From Delftia acidovorans NBRC 14950 (GTDB lineage Bacteria > Pseudomonadota > Gammaproteobacteria > Burkholderiales > Burkholderiaceae_C): a DNA stretch of 32,000 bases. Under the pieces are notes generated by a model. It was not told the origin of the DNA and searched no databases. It was given only the letters and a program-made list of their open reading frames with translations. Positions 28,300 to 32,000 of this stretch are shown here, in pieces. The DNA lies in contig NZ_BCZP01000010.1 in the NCBI RefSeq assembly GCF_001598795.1, positions 150,001 to 182,000 of the forward strand, written 5' to 3'. A program made the position numbers and the translations under genes. Each line of letters opens with the position of its first letter. Positions within the stretch are counted from its first letter, which is position 1.

Positions 28300-28686
28300 G
28301 GTCCATCGGTCATTGCTTCATGCTGCGTTCGCGTGGGCTTCATGCTGCTTGTGCCTTGGCGCGTCCAGCGGCTTGCCTGCGCGGCAGGCAGGGGCCGGGT
28401 CTCGGCCCGGCGGCCGACCCCCTTTCTTGATCGCCAAGAAAGGGGGACAAAGAAGGCGACCCCGAATGTCCGCGACCCTTCGCTTCGCTGCGGGCAACCT
28501 GCACCGGGCCGCCTGCGGGGTTCGCCGTGAAACTCACTTCGCGCTGCGCGCTCCGTTCAGACAATCACGGCGAGTCAGATGACGAGGCAGTCCTGTCCTT
28601 CGGCAGGACTGCAACCCCGCAGACAACCCGGCGCAGGCGCTGACATACGGGGGAGTTGCTGCGGGCCGTCGCTGCGCTCGGCCCCT
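28300..28686. repeat. Structured GC-rich non-coding element (REP/MITE-like or intercistronic RNA structure)
   Basis: This 408-nt gap is unusual in an otherwise tightly packed operon. It contains a 12-bp direct repeat GCTTCATGCTGC (28315-28326 and 28337-28348). A perfect 12-bp stem CCCCCTTTCTTG/CAAGAAAGGGGG spans 28418-28446 with a 5-nt loop. A 9-11-bp stem GCAGTCCTG/CAGGACTGC spans 28587-28612 with a UUCG-like loop. Further GC stems occur around 28374-28410. Confidence 0.5.
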
Positions 28687-29448
28687 TTACCGGGCATGGG
28701 CTACTGCTTCCTCCACCGTTTCCCAGATGAACCGGCCCGACGGGCTTTGCTGCTCCTCCACCACATGCGCCACCAGCCCGGCCGCCCGCGAGATCACGGC
28801 AAAGCCGCGCATCACGGCTGTGGGCACGCCGATCTCGCCCAGCAGGGCGGCCACGGCCCCCGTGGCATTGATGGTGATGGGCCGGCCCGCTGCGGCGTCC
28901 ACGGCGGCAGAGAGGATTTCGAGCGCGCGGATTCTGCTGCCCGCCAGTTCGGGTTCGGCGCGGCCCATGTCCAGCAGCTTGTAGGCGCGCGGGTCCACGG
29001 GCTTGTGCAGGTGGTGGCCAAAGCCGGGGACGGGGCTTTTCAACGCCTTGTGGTGCTGGGCGATGGCGCGGGCCTCGGCCTCGGGGTCGGCGGCGGCGGC
29101 GATGCGGTCGAGCAGCGCGGCGCAGTTCTCCATGGTGCCCACGAAGGAGCTGCCCACGGCCAGCAGGCCGGCCGAGACGGCGCCCTGCAGGTTCTCGGGC
29201 GCGCTCATGTAGATGAGGCGCGTGGCGATGGCGCTGGGCGTGAGGCCATGCTCCATGAGCACGATGAGCACCACATCGGCGATGCGCAGGTCCACGGGGC
29301 GCGGCGTGCGGCCCAGGATCTGCATCAGCATCACCTCGGTGAAGGTCTTCTTGCCCATCAGGTCCTCGACCAGGTCGGCATCGCGGTAATGCAGGCTGGT
29401 GAGGGTGTGGGTGCACAGGCGGGTGACGGGGGGTTGGGGGGTTGCCAT
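28687..29448 (-). CDS. Citrate-synthase-like short protein (citryl-CoA lyase family)
   Basis: PGFGHHLHKPVDPRAYKLL matches the citrate synthase signature region G-x-G-H-x-x-x-K-x-x-DPR. The length is ~253 aa, with helical segments IADVVLIVLMEHGLTPS. AAGGAGA lies upstream of the ATG at 29448. It is in frame with track ORF 28687..29499. Confidence 0.85.
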   Translation of the reverse strand: MATPQPPVTRLCTHTLTSLHYRDADLVEDLMGKKTFTEVMLMQILGRTPRPVDLRIADVVLIVLMEHGLTPSAIATRLIYMSAPENLQGAVSAGLLAVGSSFVGTMENCAALLDRIAAAADPEAEARAIAQHHKALKSPVPGFGHHLHKPVDPRAYKLLDMGRAEPELAGSRIRALEILSAAVDAAAGRPITINATGAVAALLGEIGVPTAVMRGFAVISRAAGLVAHVVEEQQSPSGRFIWETVEEAVAHAR

Positions 29449-29479
29449 GGCCAGGGTCTCCTTGTGATGGTGTGCGGGA

Positions 29480-30979
29480 TCAACGGGGTGCCAGCGCAAG
29501 CTCGCGCACGGCCGTCTTGAGCAGCTTGCCCACGGGCGAGCGCGGCAGGCTGGCGTGAAAGTGGATGCGCTTGGGTGTCTGCACGGGGCCCAGGCGCTGG
29601 CGCACGAAGGCGATCAGCTCGGCCTCGTCCGGCCGCTGGTCGGGACGCAGTTCGGCGCGCAATTGCACGGCGGCCTGCACGGCCTCGCCCCAGTGGTCGT
29701 CGGGGATGCCGAAGACCACGCACTCGTGCACGGCCGGGTGCTGGCCCAGGGCGTTTTCCACATCCACGGGATAGACGTTGAAGCCGCCCGTGATGACCAG
29801 GTCCTTCAGGCGGTCCTTGAGGTGCAGGTAGCCCTGCGCATCGATCAGGCCCCGGTCCCCCGTGTGCAGCCAGCCGTCCACCAGGGTCTCGGCCGTCTTG
29901 CCGGGCAGGCGCCAGTAGCCGCTCATCAGCAGATCGCCGCGCGCCACGACCTCGCCCACCTCGCCCCGGGGCAGCAGGCGGCCGTCGGGCGACATGATGG
30001 CCAGGTCGCTGAACCAGGTGGCCCGGCCCACGGAGGTCCACAGGCCTTCGTCCTCGAAGTCCTCGGGCCGCATGGCCGTGAGGATCTGCGGTGCCTCGGT
30101 CTGGCCATAGGTGGTGGCCAGCACGGGGCCGAAGAAGGCGCGCACCTGGCGGATTTTCTCGGGCGGCATGGCGGCGCCGCCGTAGATGAGGCGGCGCAGG
30201 CCGGGGAAGTCCGCACGGCTGGCGTCCGGCAGCGCCATCAGCATGTAGATCAGGGTGGGCGGCATGAAGCACACGGTGCCGCCGCGCAGGGCAAAGGCGC
30301 TGCGCACGGCCCCGGCACCCACGCCGTCCAGCAGCACATGGCAGCCGCCCTGCGCCAGGATGGGCAGCAGATAGGTGGACGTGCCATGCGTGATGGGCGC
30401 GGCCATGACGTAGCGGTCATGCTCATCGAACCCCCAGGCCTGGATCTGGTTGGCAATGCCGGCCATCCAGGCGCGGCAGGGCTGCATCACGCCCTTGGGC
30501 AGGCCCGTGGTGCCGCCCGTGAACTTGATGGCCTGGATGGCATCGGCGGGCAGGTCGGGCACCACGGGAACGGCGCCACTGTGCGCCTGCTCCAGCGCCG
30601 CCGTGCCCTCGCCCAGCACCAGGTGGATGCCCGGCGCCCCCTGCACCAGTGCAGCGCCGCCGGCATCGCACAGCACGATGGAAGGCTCGGTGGCATCGAT
30701 GATGCGGCGCACCTCGGACTGCGTGCTCTTGGGATTGAGCGGCACCCAGACCTTGCCGCTGGCCATCACCGCCAGCAGGGCGGCGATATGGTCTGCGCTG
30801 TTGCCCGCGCAGATGCCCACGCGGCTTTGCACGGCGGGCTCCAGCGCCTGCAGGCCGGCCGCCAGCGCGGCCACCTTGCGGGCCAGCGCGTCATAGCGGA
30901 TGCAGCCGCCCGGCGCGTCGATGGCGATGCGCTGCGGCCAGCGCTCGGCCGCGCGCCAGAAAAAATCAATGGGTTGCAT
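29480..30979 (-). CDS. AMP-dependent acyl-CoA synthetase/ligase
   Basis: The protein opens MQPIDFFWRAAERWPQRIAI. It has the AMP-binding motif IKFTGGTTGLPKGV, plus YGQTE, TGDRG and the C-terminal PRSPVGKLLK. AAGGAGA lies upstream of the ATG at 30979. It is in frame with track ORF 29480..31258. Confidence 0.9.
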   Translation of the reverse strand: MQPIDFFWRAAERWPQRIAIDAPGGCIRYDALARKVAALAAGLQALEPAVQSRVGICAGNSADHIAALLAVMASGKVWVPLNPKSTQSEVRRIIDATEPSIVLCDAGGAALVQGAPGIHLVLGEGTAALEQAHSGAVPVVPDLPADAIQAIKFTGGTTGLPKGVMQPCRAWMAGIANQIQAWGFDEHDRYVMAAPITHGTSTYLLPILAQGGCHVLLDGVGAGAVRSAFALRGGTVCFMPPTLIYMLMALPDASRADFPGLRRLIYGGAAMPPEKIRQVRAFFGPVLATTYGQTEAPQILTAMRPEDFEDEGLWTSVGRATWFSDLAIMSPDGRLLPRGEVGEVVARGDLLMSGYWRLPGKTAETLVDGWLHTGDRGLIDAQGYLHLKDRLKDLVITGGFNVYPVDVENALGQHPAVHECVVFGIPDDHWGEAVQAAVQLRAELRPDQRPDEAELIAFVRQRLGPVQTPKRIHFHASLPRSPVGKLLKTAVRELALAPR

Positions 30980-31035
30980 GGGGGTCGTCTCCTTGTGGGG
31001 CGGTTGTGTCGAGCTTTTGCCGAACGTGTGTCGAA

Positions 31036-32000
31036 CTACTGGGCGGTGGCGCCCGAGGCCTTGACCACCTCGCGCCAGCGCTTGATCTCCGACGCCGCAA
31101 AGCTGCGCATCTGCGCCGGGGTGCCGGGTTCGGGCGTGGCGGCCATCTCGCCCAGGCGCTGGCGCAGCTCGGGTGCGGCCAGGGCGGTGTTCAGGGCATG
31201 GTTCAGGCGCTCGATCACGGCGGGCGGCGTGCCCGCAGGGGCAGCCAGGCCGAACCACGACTGCACATCGAAGCCCGCATAGCCCGACTCCGCCAGCGTG
31301 GGCACATCGGGCAGCAGCGCCGAGCGCCGGGCGCTGGTGATGGCGATCGCGCGCAGCTTGCCGGCCTGCACATGGGGCAGGGCCGAGGGCGCGTTGTCGA
31401 ACATGGAATCCACCTGCCCGCCCAGCAGGTCGGTGATGGCCGGTGCGCTGCCCCGGTAGGGCACGTGCAGCATGCGCAGGCCCGACAGCTGCCGGAACAT
31501 CTCGCCCGACAGGTGGATCGACGAGCCGCTGCCCGACGAGGCGAAGCTGATGCCCTGCGCACTCTGCCGGGCGTGGCGCACATAGTCGGCCACGTTCTGT
31601 ATGGGCAGGCGCGGGTTGACCACGAGGATGTTGGGAATCTTGGCGATCAGGCCGATGGGCTCGAAGTCCTTGACCGGGTCATAGCCGAGCCGGGGGTAGA
31701 GCGAGGCATTGATGGTGTTGGCAATGGTGTAGACATACAGCGTGTAGCCGTCCGCAGGCGCCCGCGCCACGGCTTCGGCGCCCACATTGCTGTTGGCGCC
31801 CGTGCGGTTGTCCACCACCACGCTCTGGCCCAGCTGCTCGCCCATCCGGGCGGCCACCAGACGTGCGATCACATCGGTGGCGCCGCCGGCCGCATAGCCC
31901 ACCACCAGCCGCACGGGCCGGGCCGGCCAGGCCGCCGGCTGCGCCAACGCGGCGGTCGCGGCGGCCATGCCGGCCAGTGCGCAGGTGAAGGAACAGGCCA
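31036..32000 (-). CDS. Second Bug/TctC-family periplasmic solute-binding protein; N-terminal signal peptide runs off the window end
   Basis: PVRLVVGYAAGGATDVIARL, VVVDNRTGANS and HVPYRGS. The reading frame stays open through 32000 (...FTCALAGMAAATAALAQ looks like the end of a signal peptide). Confidence 0.9.
   Translation of the reverse strand, partial: ACSFTCALAGMAAATAALAQPAAWPARPVRLVVGYAAGGATDVIARLVAARMGEQLGQSVVVDNRTGANSNVGAEAVARAPADGYTLYVYTIANTINASLYPRLGYDPVKDFEPIGLIAKIPNILVVNPRLPIQNVADYVRHARQSAQGISFASSGSGSSIHLSGEMFRQLSGLRMLHVPYRGSAPAITDLLGGQVDSMFDNAPSALPHVQAGKLRAIAITSARRSALLPDVPTLAESGYAGFDVQSWFGLAAPAGTPPAVIERLNHALNTALAAPELRQRLGEMAATPEPGTPAQMRSFAASEIKRWREVVKASGATAQ

Noticed and set aside
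26041-28530. 829-aa plus-strand ORF
   Set aside because: It is antisense to the Bug receptor and the family III CoA-transferase. It is low complexity with no recognisable domain.
28340-28564. 74-aa minus-strand ORF inside the structured intergenic element
   Set aside because: Its sequence (…GSPSLSPFLGDQERGSAAGPRPGPCLPRRQAAGRAKAQAA) is dictated by the hairpin arms and GC-rich repeats. It is most likely non-coding.
29555-31282. 575-aa plus-strand ORF, and the upstream extension of track ORF 29480..31258
   Set aside because: It is antisense to the acyl-CoA synthetase. The extension upstream of the ATG at 30979 overlaps the Bug gene 3' end and lacks homology-like sequence, whereas the MQPIDFFW start has a good Shine-Dalgarno.

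Overview
This is a high-GC betaproteobacterial chromosome segment. Its gene content looks Burkholderiales/Comamonadaceae-like (Bug/TctC receptors, paaN plus a TetR-type paaR, uvrA-MFS-ssb synteny), but that taxonomy is inference only. Gene order, left to right:
- Partial FAD-dependent oxidoreductase (-), uvrA (-), MFS transporter (+), ssb (+) with an intrinsic terminator.
- A low-GC hipB-hipA type II toxin-antitoxin islet (+).
- A SulP/STAS anion transporter (+).
- A second compositionally foreign islet holding two translationally coupled genes I cannot assign to any family: a TM-anchored 161-aa protein and a Cys/His-rich 230-aa protein (+).
- The upper phenylacetate pathway operon paaK-paaABCDE (-), divergent from paaN (+), with a convergent TetR regulator (-).
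- A NarL-type response regulator and a 7TMR-DISM histidine kinase (+).
- A Tat-signal beta-lactamase-family serine hydrolase (-), mnmA (-) and a LysR regulator (+).
- A minus-strand CoA-thioester catabolic cluster: Bug receptor, acyl-CoA synthetase, citrate-synthase-like citryl-CoA lyase, a roughly 400-bp structured non-coding element, family III CoA-transferase, second Bug receptor, enoyl-CoA hydratase.

I found no rRNA, tRNA, CRISPR array, transposase or integrase. The accessory zone between ssb and paaE (about 6.0-11.0 kb) is the most interesting part, especially the unassignable cassette at 9771-10951. The very long ORFs in the track (1550, 950, 829, 793 and 640 aa) are read-through or antisense shadow ORFs typical of high-GC DNA. 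The track also renders GTG/TTG starts as M. All start codons are my proposals, chosen from alignment-like N-termini and Shine-Dalgarno context.
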